NCBI GenBank assembly: GCA_965223325.1
Contig: CBDCWI010000001.1
Coordinates: forward strand, 1,408,001-1,472,000
Source of the DNA: Candidatus Multivoradales bacterium
GTDB lineage: Bacteria > Acidobacteriota > Thermoanaerobaculia > Multivoradales > Multivoraceae
Length of the DNA stretch: 64,000 bases
Reading direction: 5' to 3'
The notes under the pieces were generated by a model. That model was not told where the DNA came from and searched no databases. It saw nothing but the letters and a program-made list of their open reading frames with translations. The position numbers and the translations under genes are program-made. Below are positions 38,431-47,919 of this stretch, in pieces. The stretch's first letter is position 1. Each line of letters starts with the position of its first letter.

Positions 38431-41043
38431 GTGCGGCTGGCGACCGTCTACTTGACGTTGCTGGCAGCGTCTTACGTCGTCCGCTGGATCAACCCGTCTG
38501 CACCCCCTCTGCCAACTGGCCAGACCATGCCAATCGCCGAGATGACTGTCGATGGCGACCGCATCGTGCCCACCGGGCGCGAGATCACGCTGGCCTGGCA
38601 GGGCTGGGACGGCGGGCCGACGGCCGGCCCCAATGCTCCCCCAGAGCGCATGGAGAAGACGCCGGTGGTTTTCCTGCACGGTTCGCCGGGAGGAGCAGGC
38701 AACTTCTGGCTGATGATCGGATCGTCGGTTTCTCGGAGGCGAGCGATCGCGCCAGATCTGCCGGGCTTTGGAGCCTCTGAACACCGAGTTGCCGACTACA
38801 GCATTCGCGCGCACGCCGCCGAGGTTTTCGACTGGCTCGATCGACTGGGCGTCGATCGGGTTCACCTGGTGGGTTTCTCGATGGGTGGCGGGGTCGGCCT
38901 CGAGATGGTCCGTCAACAGGAAGAACGAGTCGCCTCGCTGGCCCTGCTTGCCTCGATCGGAGTCCAGGAGCTCGAGCTGTTTGGCAACTATCGCCTCAAC
39001 CACCTGCTGCACGGCCTTCAACTTGGGGCCATCTGGGCCGCCGGGGCACTCACCCCGCATTTTGGACTGTTCGACCAGACGTTTCTCGACCGCTCGTACG
39101 CGCGCAACTTCTACGACACCGACCAACGACCCTTGCGCTCGGTGCTGCAGAAAATCGAGGTGCCGGTCCTGATCATCCACGGCAAACGTGACCCACTGGT
39201 TCCGGTTGCAGCGGCCGAGGAACACGCCCGGTTGGCTCCCCAGGCGGAGCTGGTCGTTCGAGAAGACAGTCACTTCTTCGTCTTCTCCGGGGAAACAGCG
39301 ACCGCAGTCGGCGAGCAGGTGGCTGCGTTTCACGAGCGCGTCGACCGTGGCGAGGCGAGAACCCGAAACGATGTGTCTGCGGTCGAACGCCAACGTGCCC
39401 TGGAAGAGATGGACCCTTCGATTGCAGCCCCCTTTACCGGACCGGCCCTCCTGGCGCTGGTCTTGTTGCTCGCCGCGAGCACAATGATCAGCGAAGACCT
39501 GACCTGCATCGTCGCAGGGCTCCTGGTGGCTCAGGGTCGCATCGAATTGTTACCGGCAACGCTGGCCTGCCTGGCCGGGATCACGGTCGGCGACATGGCG
39601 CTGTTCATGGCCGGGCGTTGGTTCGGGCGACCGTTGCTTTCGCTGCCGCCTCTTCGATGGTGGATAACCCGCGACGCATTCGAGCGCTCGAGTGCCTGGC
39701 TTCGGTCCCGCGGCCCGCTGGTCATCGTCATGTCGCGCTTTACACCGGGCCTACGACTGCCGACCTACGTCGCAGCCGGTGTCCTGCGTACTTCGTTCTG
39801 GCTCTTCAGCCTCTACTTTCTACTGGCCGCCAGCTTGTGGACACCGATTCTCGTGTTCGTCGCCAGTCGACTCGGTGCTGACGCGTTGGAGCGCTTCGAA
39901 GGAGTCGAGTGGGCACTACCGCTGATCGCGATCTCGCTATTGGTCGCTCTGATCGTGGCGCGCAAGCTGGTGCTGCCATTGCTCACACATCGCGGCCGCC
40001 GCACTCTCGTTGGGCGCTGGCTGCGCCTGAAGCGCTTCGAGTTCTGGCCGATCGGCATCTTCTACCTGCCCCTCCTGCCATGGTTCGTAGGCCAGGCGAT
40101 CAAACACAAGAGCTGGACGGTCTTCACAGCGGTCAACCCCATGATGCCGGCTGGGGGCTTCATCGGCGAGTCGAAGAAGGAAATCTTCACCGCGCTCGGG
40201 CCGTCGGCCCACGTGCCGCCGTGGTCGACGATTCCCAGGGGCGCCACAGTCGACCAGGCAGTTCAGGACGTCGAGCGCTTTCGGACCGAACAGGAGCTCG
40301 AGTGGCCGCTGATCCTCAAGCCCGACGCGGGTCAGCGTGGTCAGGGCGTCTCGCTTGTCGCATCGACAGAAGAGGTTCGCCAGTACTTCGAGCGCCGCGA
40401 GCGCTCGCTGACTCTGGTGCAGAAGTACGTCGGTGGCGTCGAGTATGGGGTCTTCTGGTACCGGCTGCCTGGAGAGGAAAGAGGGCGAGTGTTCTCCATC
40501 ACCGAGAAAGAGGTACCCAGAGTCACCGGTGACGGGCAGCGCTCGATTGCTGATCTGGTGCTTGATCATCCGCGCTTCGTCGCCCTGGCGACGGTTTACC
40601 TGCGCGACCTCGGCGAACGCGCCCAGCGGGTTCCCGCGGCCGGCGAGGTGGTGAGCATCCAGGAAATCGGTGCCCACTCGAGAGGGACGGTGTTCAAAAG
40701 TGGTACTCACCACCTGACGCCGCAGTTGGCAGATGCCATCGAACAGGTCTCGCTCGAGTGTGAGGGCTTCGACTTCGGGCGCTATGACGTGCGCGTTCCG
40801 TCGCTCGAGCACTTGCGAAGCGGCCAGCAGCTCTCGGTCATCGAACTCAACGGAGTGACGTCGGAGTCAACCGACCTCTACGACCCTCTCAATTCTCTTC
40901 TCGACGCCTATCGGATCTTACTGCGTCAGTGGCAAGTGGCATTCGAGATCGGCGCACGTCGTCGTGCCCTCGGCCACCGACCGGCGAGTCCTCTGAGCCT
41001 GCTGCGCGCCTGGATGAAGTTCCGGCGGGGTGAACCCATCTGA
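38431..41043 (+). CDS. Tri-domain protein: alpha/beta hydrolase + DedA/VTT membrane domain + ATP-grasp ligase
   Basis: FLHGSPG and GFSMGG; SEDLTCIVAG and SRFTPGLRLPTYVAAG; ILKPDAGQRGQGV, VQKYV, GRYDVR, IELNG. Confidence 0.8.
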   Translation: MRLATVYLTLLAASYVVRWINPSAPPLPTGQTMPIAEMTVDGDRIVPTGREITLAWQGWDGGPTAGPNAPPERMEKTPVVFLHGSPGGAGNFWLMIGSSVSRRRAIAPDLPGFGASEHRVADYSIRAHAAEVFDWLDRLGVDRVHLVGFSMGGGVGLEMVRQQEERVASLALLASIGVQELELFGNYRLNHLLHGLQLGAIWAAGALTPHFGLFDQTFLDRSYARNFYDTDQRPLRSVLQKIEVPVLIIHGKRDPLVPVAAAEEHARLAPQAELVVREDSHFFVFSGETATAVGEQVAAFHERVDRGEARTRNDVSAVERQRALEEMDPSIAAPFTGPALLALVLLLAASTMISEDLTCIVAGLLVAQGRIELLPATLACLAGITVGDMALFMAGRWFGRPLLSLPPLRWWITRDAFERSSAWLRSRGPLVIVMSRFTPGLRLPTYVAAGVLRTSFWLFSLYFLLAASLWTPILVFVASRLGADALERFEGVEWALPLIAISLLVALIVARKLVLPLLTHRGRRTLVGRWLRLKRFEFWPIGIFYLPLLPWFVGQAIKHKSWTVFTAVNPMMPAGGFIGESKKEIFTALGPSAHVPPWSTIPRGATVDQAVQDVERFRTEQELEWPLILKPDAGQRGQGVSLVASTEEVRQYFERRERSLTLVQKYVGGVEYGVFWYRLPGEERGRVFSITEKEVPRVTGDGQRSIADLVLDHPRFVALATVYLRDLGERAQRVPAAGEVVSIQEIGAHSRGTVFKSGTHHLTPQLADAIEQVSLECEGFDFGRYDVRVPSLEHLRSGQQLSVIELNGVTSESTDLYDPLNSLLDAYRILLRQWQVAFEIGARRRALGHRPASPLSLLRAWMKFRRGEPI

Positions 41044-41148
41044 GCACGGGCCTCGGCGCGGCCACCTCGACCCGGTCGGCCCGCACCCCGAAACCCGGTG
41101 ACAAAACCTCGCCCCACACGAAGTCGTGGTCCTCGCTATAGTGCAGAG

Positions 41149-41703
41149 GTGCGCCTAAGACCGGCCGTGCGCGCCGACCTCCCCGCCAGCCGTGAGCTGA
41201 TCGTCGGCATCCTCGCCGAATTCGGAATCGCCGAGGATCCGGAAGGGGCGGATCGTGACCTGGCTGACCCTGAGATCTTCTTCAACGGCACCGCGTTTGC
41301 GGAAGTCGTCGAGGGAACCGAAGGTGGCATCCTGGGCTTCGTCGGGTTGACGGTCGACCAGACGATGCACCAGGCCAGGCTCCGCAAGCTCTACCTTGCG
41401 AAGGCGTTACGCGGCACCGGCCTCGGCCGCCGTTTGTTGCAGCGCGCCGAGTGCTGGGCGCGCGAGCAGGGCTGCACGACGGTGATTCTCGAAACGTCGT
41501 CACGGCTGGATCGCGCCCTCGCCCTCTATCGCGAGGCGGGTTATCAGCCGGCGCCCGCCTGCGCTCAGTCATCGTCCTGTGACTGCGATCTTGTTCTCCA
41601 GAAGGTCCTCGACCGACACTGCCTGCGCGCCGTTTCCGCTGACCACCGAGCAGCGAGTGGCGAGGAAGAAAAACGCTCTCCGACCTCGCGGAGGAACCGG
41701 TGA
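41149..41703 (+). CDS. GNAT family N-acetyltransferase
   Basis: LRKLYLAKALRGTGLGRRLL, LETSS, ALALYREAGY; GTG start 6 nt after TATAGT. Confidence 0.85.
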   Translation: MRLRPAVRADLPASRELIVGILAEFGIAEDPEGADRDLADPEIFFNGTAFAEVVEGTEGGILGFVGLTVDQTMHQARLRKLYLAKALRGTGLGRRLLQRAECWAREQGCTTVILETSSRLDRALALYREAGYQPAPACAQSSSCDCDLVLQKVLDRHCLRAVSADHRAASGEEEKRSPTSRRNR

Positions 41704-42818
41704 CGGGGGCGGCCAACGACCTCTTCCTGCACTTGACACCTGAGCGGGTTCTCGAGGCCGTCGAAGCCTCGGGGATTCGCTGCACCGGCCTCTGCTACCC
41801 GCTCAGCTCGTTCGAGAACCGCGTCTACGAGGTCGAGGTCGAAAGCGAGACGGGCAACCGCGAGCGCCTGGTCGCCAAGTTCTACCGTCCTGGTCGCTGG
41901 AGCCGTGAACAGATCCTCGCCGAGCACCGACTGCTCGACCAACTGGTCGATGCCGAGATTCCCGTATGCAACATGCGCCGCTTCGCTGATGGGCGCACGC
42001 TGCACGAGATCTTCGACCTCTGGTACTGCCTCGCAGATCGCCGCGGTGGACGCGCCCCCGACGAACTGCACTCGCCAGATCTGCGGCGACTGGGGCGCTT
42101 GATCGCTCGCATGCACAACGTCGCAAGCCTCGAGGCTGCGCCATCGCGGTTATCGATCGATGCCGACAACTTCATTCGCGAGCCCATCGGCTGGCTCGAC
42201 CGCAACCACGTGCTACCCCTGGCTGTGGCGCGTCGCTACCGTACGGTCGCCCTCGAGATCGCCGATCTCGTCGAGGCGGCGCTCGCCAACACCCGCCGCC
42301 AACGCATCCATGGCGATCTCCACCTGGGTAACGTGCTCTTGCGTGACGATGAACTGCGGCTCCTCGACTTCGACGACATGGCCATGGGTCCGGCGGTGCA
42401 AGACCTGTGGCTGGCGGTCCCGGGTCGCGACCCGCAGTCGGTCGCCCAACGCGACCTCCTCATCGAGGCCTACTCCGAGTTTCGCGACTTCGACCGCTCG
42501 ACCCTCGCTTTGGTCGAGCCCCTGCGCGCCCTGCGCATGGTGCGCTACAACGTCTGGCTGGCCCAACGCTGGCACGACCCGATCTTCCCGTTGACCTGGC
42601 CTCACTTCGGTACCGAAGAGTTCTGGCTACAAGAGGTCGAAGACCTCGAGGATCAACTGGGGTACCTCGAAGGCGCACGTCTCGAGACGGCACATTCCCA
42701 AGGCTGGTCGGACCTACGTGCCTCCGGTTCACAACCGTGGATCACAGCTTCGGCGGTGCCCGAAGGCCCGGCAGCGCTCACCAACAAGGACTACTTCTGG
42801 GATTGGGAAGGCGACTAG
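41700..42818 (+). CDS. srkA: SrkA/RdoA (YihE) stress response Ser/Thr kinase
   Basis: LSSFENRVY, KFYRPGRWS, IHGDLHLGN, DFDDM, GPAVQDLW, EPLRALR, RWHDPIFP. Confidence 0.85.
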   Translation: MTGAANDLFLHLTPERVLEAVEASGIRCTGLCYPLSSFENRVYEVEVESETGNRERLVAKFYRPGRWSREQILAEHRLLDQLVDAEIPVCNMRRFADGRTLHEIFDLWYCLADRRGGRAPDELHSPDLRRLGRLIARMHNVASLEAAPSRLSIDADNFIREPIGWLDRNHVLPLAVARRYRTVALEIADLVEAALANTRRQRIHGDLHLGNVLLRDDELRLLDFDDMAMGPAVQDLWLAVPGRDPQSVAQRDLLIEAYSEFRDFDRSTLALVEPLRALRMVRYNVWLAQRWHDPIFPLTWPHFGTEEFWLQEVEDLEDQLGYLEGARLETAHSQGWSDLRASGSQPWITASAVPEGPAALTNKDYFWDWEGD

Positions 42819-42980
42819 TACCCCGTACCATTGAAACGGATAGTGGCTGAGCGGATGATCGTGCTCGAGATCAAGGCGTCACGACGCAGGCATATTGGTG
42901 ATCTGTCGAGGAGTGACAACACAGAGATCGAGCGCGAGGACCGCGCAGACGCTGTGCGTTTCAATGGTACGGGGTACTAG
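42815..42980. mobile_element. MITE-like non-autonomous element (166 bp) with perfect 24-bp terminal inverted repeats ending in CTAG
   Basis: CTAGTACCCCGTACCATTGAAACG (42815-42838) is the reverse complement of CGTTTCAATGGTACGGGGTACTAG (42957-42980). No ORF inside; sits between convergent genes. Confidence 0.75.
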
Positions 42981-42986
42981 AACGCT

Positions 42987-43364
42987 CTAGCGACCTTGCG
43001 TCGAGCGCCAGATCAGAATCAGGAGCACGAGCGTCATGCCCAGGCCGAAGGCCAGGCCGTTGGCCCACAGGCCAATGCGCGCCAAACCGCGCCGCCGGCC
43101 AAGAAGCGCAAACAGGAGCCCGAGGCCTGTCAGGACGGGGACCAGAGTCACCGCCAGCGGTGGAATCATGTCGTATCCACGCAGGCGCCAGGGCAACAAC
43201 CTCAGGATCTGCCCGGTCCCCAACGAGGCGATGAAAGTGAAGATCGAGAGCACACCCCAGGTCTCTCGCAGCGAAACCGTCTCGTAGGCTGCCTCTCTGG
43301 TTTCTTCGCTGTCAGTGGTGGGCGGACCCGGCCGACCAGAGGCTGTGAGTGGTGCTTCGACCAT
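42987..43364 (-). CDS. Small three-TM hypothetical membrane protein
   Basis: Three hydrophobic segments; follows the helicase on the same strand. Confidence 0.6.
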   Translation of the reverse strand: MVEAPLTASGRPGPPTTDSEETREAAYETVSLRETWGVLSIFTFIASLGTGQILRLLPWRLRGYDMIPPLAVTLVPVLTGLGLLFALLGRRRGLARIGLWANGLAFGLGMTLVLLILIWRSTQGR

Positions 43365-43392
43365 GCCGAAGAGTCCCGGTGGCCTTTTGAGG

Positions 43393-44646
43393 TCAGCGGC
43401 GCAGAGAGCGGCGCTTGCGGTCCTGGAGCGACTGGCGTTCGACCCACTCTTCGACACCCTCGACCGAACAACGCGGCAGCGGCTTCTCGAGGGTGCGCTC
43501 GATCTGTTTGATGACCGTCTTGTCGAGCCAGGTCGCGACCGACGAGACGATACCTTTGTTGGCACCACGCGCTGTTCGTCCAGCTCGGTGTATGTAGTCC
43601 TCGACGTTGTCGGGAAGATCGAAGTTCATGATGTGCTCGATCTCTGGGATGTCGATTCCGCGCGCCGCAATGTCCGTTGCAACCAGGATGCGGTGATCGC
43701 CGCGACGGAAGCCCTCGAGGGCGTGCGTGCGCTTGCTCTGCGAGCGATTCGAGTGAATGCGTTCGACCGCGAAGCCTTCGCTCTCGAGCACCCGGCAAAG
43801 CCACTCGGCGTCACTCTTGCGGCGTGTAAACACCAGGGTGCTGCCTTCATGGTGCCGCAAGAGCTCCATCGCGCAGGCCTTCTTGTCTTTCTCGCGCACC
43901 AGATACAGGCGATGATCGATCCCTTCGGCAGCGCGCCCAGAGGGCCGCAGGTCGACCAACACCGGATCGTCGAGGTAGCGCTGCGCCAAGCGCTCGATGG
44001 GCGGCGGCATGGTGGCCGAGAACAACATCGTGTGGCGGTTCTTGGGCAGCTGGTTGAGGATCTTCTGGATCTGCGGCAGGAAGCCGAGGTCGAGCATGTG
44101 GTCGGCTTCGTCCATGACCAGCTCACGAACGCGCGACAGTGAAACGTTGCCGCGGCTCGCATGATCGAGCAGCCGCCCCGGGGTCGCGACCACGATGTCG
44201 GGACGGTTACGCAGCGCGCGGATCTGCGGTTGAAAACTCACCCCGCCGATGATGCACGCGGTGCTGAGGTGATGAGCCTGTCCGAAGACGTCCAGAAAGG
44301 CCTTGGTTTGCAACGCAATCTCGCGGGTTGGACAGAGGATCAGGCCACGGAAGCCCTGCCCTTCGGTGAGCCGCTGCGCCACCGGTAGGCAAAACGCTGC
44401 CGTCTTGCCGGAGCCGGTCTGGGCAAGGCCGATCAGGTCGCGCCCCTCCACTGCAACTGGAATGACGCGCCCCTGAATCGGGGTCGGGTACTCGAAACCA
44501 GCTTCACGAACTCCAGCGAGAACATCGTCGTCGAGCCCGAGGTCTTCGAAGCGAAGGCCTGCTTCGGCGTAGTTCTGTTTGATGTCAGAGCTCAAGGATG
44601 AGGGCGCTCGTTTCTGGCTGGAGTCAATGTTTCTGGCGGGATGCAC
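43393..44646 (-). CDS. DEAD-box RNA helicase (RhlE-like); start may be slightly downstream
   Basis: Q motif PTPIQ, AQTGSGKT, PTREIA, TPGRLLDH, DEAD, SAT, ARGID, HRAGRTAR. Confidence 0.95.
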   Translation of the reverse strand: MHPARNIDSSQKRAPSSLSSDIKQNYAEAGLRFEDLGLDDDVLAGVREAGFEYPTPIQGRVIPVAVEGRDLIGLAQTGSGKTAAFCLPVAQRLTEGQGFRGLILCPTREIALQTKAFLDVFGQAHHLSTACIIGGVSFQPQIRALRNRPDIVVATPGRLLDHASRGNVSLSRVRELVMDEADHMLDLGFLPQIQKILNQLPKNRHTMLFSATMPPPIERLAQRYLDDPVLVDLRPSGRAAEGIDHRLYLVREKDKKACAMELLRHHEGSTLVFTRRKSDAEWLCRVLESEGFAVERIHSNRSQSKRTHALEGFRRGDHRILVATDIAARGIDIPEIEHIMNFDLPDNVEDYIHRAGRTARGANKGIVSSVATWLDKTVIKQIERTLEKPLPRCSVEGVEEWVERQSLQDRKRRSLRR

Positions 44647-44701
44647 CCCGCGACCAGCGTCGATCTTTCTCGACCGGGAGCCCCGCCGTCAAGCGCGCGT
44701 C

Positions 44702-47700
44702 CTAGCGCCACCAACGCTTGCGCTCGATCTCGAGCGGCTCAGCCTTGCTTGCCAATGTGCCGCGGTTGCCCGAGAAGTCGAAGGCCTCGCCCCAGATCTC
44801 GAAGTCACGATCACCGTGGAAACTCGGCGGCACCCTGACCACGTACTGCCCTTCGGCCGATTGTTCGATCTCGAGCGCCTGCCACTCGACGTGGATCTGG
44901 CTGCGACCAAAAACCGCCACCGAGGTCACCAGATAGTCGTCCTTGGTGTCGAGGACCAGCTCGAGTGTGCTTCCACGCGCAAAACGCCCCTTGGCCCCGG
45001 TCACCAGCTCGATGGTCGGCCGGCGCTCGTCGCGACGCGCAACCTCGCTTTCGAGCCTGGTCTTCAGCTGTGCGAACTGACTTGCCATGTGCGCAGGTGG
45101 CGTGACACCACTCAGCATGTTGATGCCCTGATGGGGTTCCTTCTCGAGCGTTCGGCGGGCCGAGGCAAGCAGTTGCTGCCACCGTTGGCTCGAGTTCTTG
45201 CCACGCTGGATCGTGGCCTGGCGGGCGCTGGCACCTGCACGATCTGGCCAACTGGCGAGCAGTGAGCTGAGTCTGCGCTCGGCCTCGTCGAAACGACTCG
45301 AACGATTGAGGTCGTCGATCTCGCGTTCGAGACCCTTGGCGGCACGCTCACGCAGGCCGAGTTTGCGCTCGAAGACGGCCAGGCTACCGCGCAGCTCGCT
45401 GGCGCCTACCAAGGCCTCGGCATGCTTCGAGGTACGGATCAGTTCGAGGACTTTGCCGACCCGCAGAACGGCACGACCACCAGCTTCGAGGGCCTCGGTG
45501 CCACCCGGCCGTGCGGCCAGACGGGCCCTCTCTTCAGGTCCGAGGCTTTCGAGGGTCGTCCGCACCACCGCCAGATCACCGGTGGAGAGAGCACCCTCGA
45601 GGTTGGCCAGGGCATCGGTGGCGAGGGCTCGCATGACGGCTTCGCGGATCGGGTTCAGAACTTCACACACACGAGGGTCGATTTCTCCAGCGTCGGCTTC
45701 CGCCTCGAGGTCAACCAGCAACTCGCGCGCTTCTGGAAGTTGGCCCTCGGCAAACAGTGCGAGCGCCTCTTCGAGGGCCGGCGGCCAGCGAACTGGATCT
45801 TCGACCGCGAGGAACTCGTCGGCGGACACGTCTTGCTCTTGTTCTGGAGCGGCAACCCTCGGTCCATCAGCCACCACCGCGGGGACCTCGCCGGCAGAAT
45901 CGCCGCCACGACTGAGCAGCCAGAAAACCACAAGACCAAGGACCATGAACACACCGACCGCAGCGGCCAGACCCCAGAGCGGTAGCGAGCGCTTCGCGTC
46001 TCCGCTCGCCGGTGCCCGCCCAGCGGCCTCTCGGGCAGCAGCCGGCGGCGGTACCTGCTTCTCGGAGGGAGTCTTCTTCTCGGCTTCGGCCCGAGTGATG
46101 GTTTCTTTGCTGCCGGCCCGGGGAGCCTCTTTTGGAGGCGGCGTTGGTTCAGAGCGCAATGCGGCTGCGGTCTCGGCTGACTGCAGCGGAGTGATCGTCT
46201 CGGTCGTCTCGTCGGGAACGACCCTCGGCAGAGCGGGTGGAGTCGGGGGATCGGGTACCGCCATCGGATAGCGACCAGACGGAGTACGTGAGGCACCCTT
46301 GTCCTCCACCGTTTTCTCTGTTGGCGGCAGAACCGACGGTTCGTCGTCCGGTTTCGGCAGTCCCGTTGTGCCCGGAATCTCGGTGACGACTGTCTGCTCT
46401 GAGATGGGCAGGGTGTCTCGCCGCTTCGCCGACGAATCCGGGTCACGCTGGCCAAGGGTGGGGAAAGGCAGCCTGGGGGCGGAGGCGGGTTCCCCTGCCT
46501 TCCCGAGCAAGGTACGAGGCTCGAACGGCACCGTCTTGTCAGTCGAGGTGTTCTCGCCCTCTCTAGGCTCCTTGCTTGAAGCTGAGGCCATGGCGGTATC
46601 GATGCGAACCGTCTTGTCTTCGATCTCCTCGACCTCGTCTTCGATCGCCGTTGCTTCCGGAGCGTCTGCCTCGCTGGCCGTCGCATCGCCAGGCAGCGGC
46701 GCAAGGTTCTCCATCGCAACGACGGTCGCCTCTTCGGGAGGGGTCGCAGCCGATCGGTCGGGAAGCTGCACGGTGCCGGTCACCTGAGTCGCGAAGGGGT
46801 TACCGTCCTCGCGGGTCAGACGCGGCGGTTCCGACTCGCCAACCGGAGGCAACGGCGTGAACAAGGTCGCATCGAGATCGTCGGGAGCTCCTTCGACCTT
46901 GACGGTCGACATCAGGTCGTCGCCGGGATCTGCTGGCGGCAGCCGGCGGGCGTCGGGCCGACCGCGTTGCAAGGCCCGCATGACCTCGGCGATCGAAGCA
47001 GGCCGTTGATCGGGGTCGGCGCGCAAGCATGACTCGAGGACTGCCAGGGTCTGCCGATCGACTCCCGGGACTCCATGGACTCGCGGCTCGTTGGTTCCCG
47101 CCCCTTCGACGACAGCACCAACGACATCGCAGGCAACCTGTGCCAGCGAATAGAGATCGCAGCGCCACCAGGCACCGCCAATCGCCGGCGCCCGGCTGCC
47201 GCCGAGCGTCAAGAGCTCAGGCGCCATGTAGCGCTCACGCTCCTCGGCACCGCGGCGGTGCTGCTCCCACCACTCCATTGGCAACAACGAGCCCCCGATG
47301 CCCACCAGACGCGCGCCACCGTCCGGAAGTACGAGGACATTGCTGGGGGTGAGGTTCCAGTGGACCAGGCTGTGCAGGGCCAGGCACTCGACGCCTTCGA
47401 GGGCCGACACGAGGAGCGGAAAGGCCTCGTGCGGATCCATCGGCAGGCGCTTGGAAACCGGAACGCCCTCCGACCAGTCAAAGATCAAGAAGGCGTCGCC
47501 CTCTGGCGTCAGTCCGGCTTGACGAAGATGAGGAAGCGCATGATGCTGCAAACGACCGAGAATCGCCGCCCGATCGAGAAAGACGCGGCGCAAGATCCCC
47601 TGCGCGTCCGAAACCGCGATCCCCATGACCTTCGCGACCACCGGGGTGCTGGTCTCGGGATCGCGGCCACGGAACGTCCTGACCCCTTCGGTCCAGTGAA

Positions 47701-47776
47701 GGACCTCCTGAAGGCCATAGATTTCTTCGGGATCTAGAACGGGGTGGGTCAAGGCGCAACTACTCCAGCCGCTCAT
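44702..47776 (-). CDS. Membrane-anchored Hanks-type kinase-like protein, probable pseudokinase
   Basis: VAKV, HWNLTPSNVLV, YMAPE, DLYSLA, DPDQRP; Pro/Thr-rich linker; single TM; extracytoplasmic helical and beta domains. Confidence 0.7.
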   Translation of the reverse strand: MSGWSSCALTHPVLDPEEIYGLQEVLHWTEGVRTFRGRDPETSTPVVAKVMGIAVSDAQGILRRVFLDRAAILGRLQHHALPHLRQAGLTPEGDAFLIFDWSEGVPVSKRLPMDPHEAFPLLVSALEGVECLALHSLVHWNLTPSNVLVLPDGGARLVGIGGSLLPMEWWEQHRRGAEERERYMAPELLTLGGSRAPAIGGAWWRCDLYSLAQVACDVVGAVVEGAGTNEPRVHGVPGVDRQTLAVLESCLRADPDQRPASIAEVMRALQRGRPDARRLPPADPGDDLMSTVKVEGAPDDLDATLFTPLPPVGESEPPRLTREDGNPFATQVTGTVQLPDRSAATPPEEATVVAMENLAPLPGDATASEADAPEATAIEDEVEEIEDKTVRIDTAMASASSKEPREGENTSTDKTVPFEPRTLLGKAGEPASAPRLPFPTLGQRDPDSSAKRRDTLPISEQTVVTEIPGTTGLPKPDDEPSVLPPTEKTVEDKGASRTPSGRYPMAVPDPPTPPALPRVVPDETTETITPLQSAETAAALRSEPTPPPKEAPRAGSKETITRAEAEKKTPSEKQVPPPAAAREAAGRAPASGDAKRSLPLWGLAAAVGVFMVLGLVVFWLLSRGGDSAGEVPAVVADGPRVAAPEQEQDVSADEFLAVEDPVRWPPALEEALALFAEGQLPEARELLVDLEAEADAGEIDPRVCEVLNPIREAVMRALATDALANLEGALSTGDLAVVRTTLESLGPEERARLAARPGGTEALEAGGRAVLRVGKVLELIRTSKHAEALVGASELRGSLAVFERKLGLRERAAKGLEREIDDLNRSSRFDEAERRLSSLLASWPDRAGASARQATIQRGKNSSQRWQQLLASARRTLEKEPHQGINMLSGVTPPAHMASQFAQLKTRLESEVARRDERRPTIELVTGAKGRFARGSTLELVLDTKDDYLVTSVAVFGRSQIHVEWQALEIEQSAEGQYVVRVPPSFHGDRDFEIWGEAFDFSGNRGTLASKAEPLEIERKRWWR

Positions 47777-47919
47777 CTTATCGTTCCCTAGCTGGCTTTG
47801 GAAACCTAGTTTTTGATGTTTTACGAATTCCCACAGTTCCGCTGAACCGGTACGCTCGGCGCCGCCAATCGCGGCCCGTTCCCAGAGACCAGACCCGCGA
47901 CTCCCAGGAGCCCTGACTC

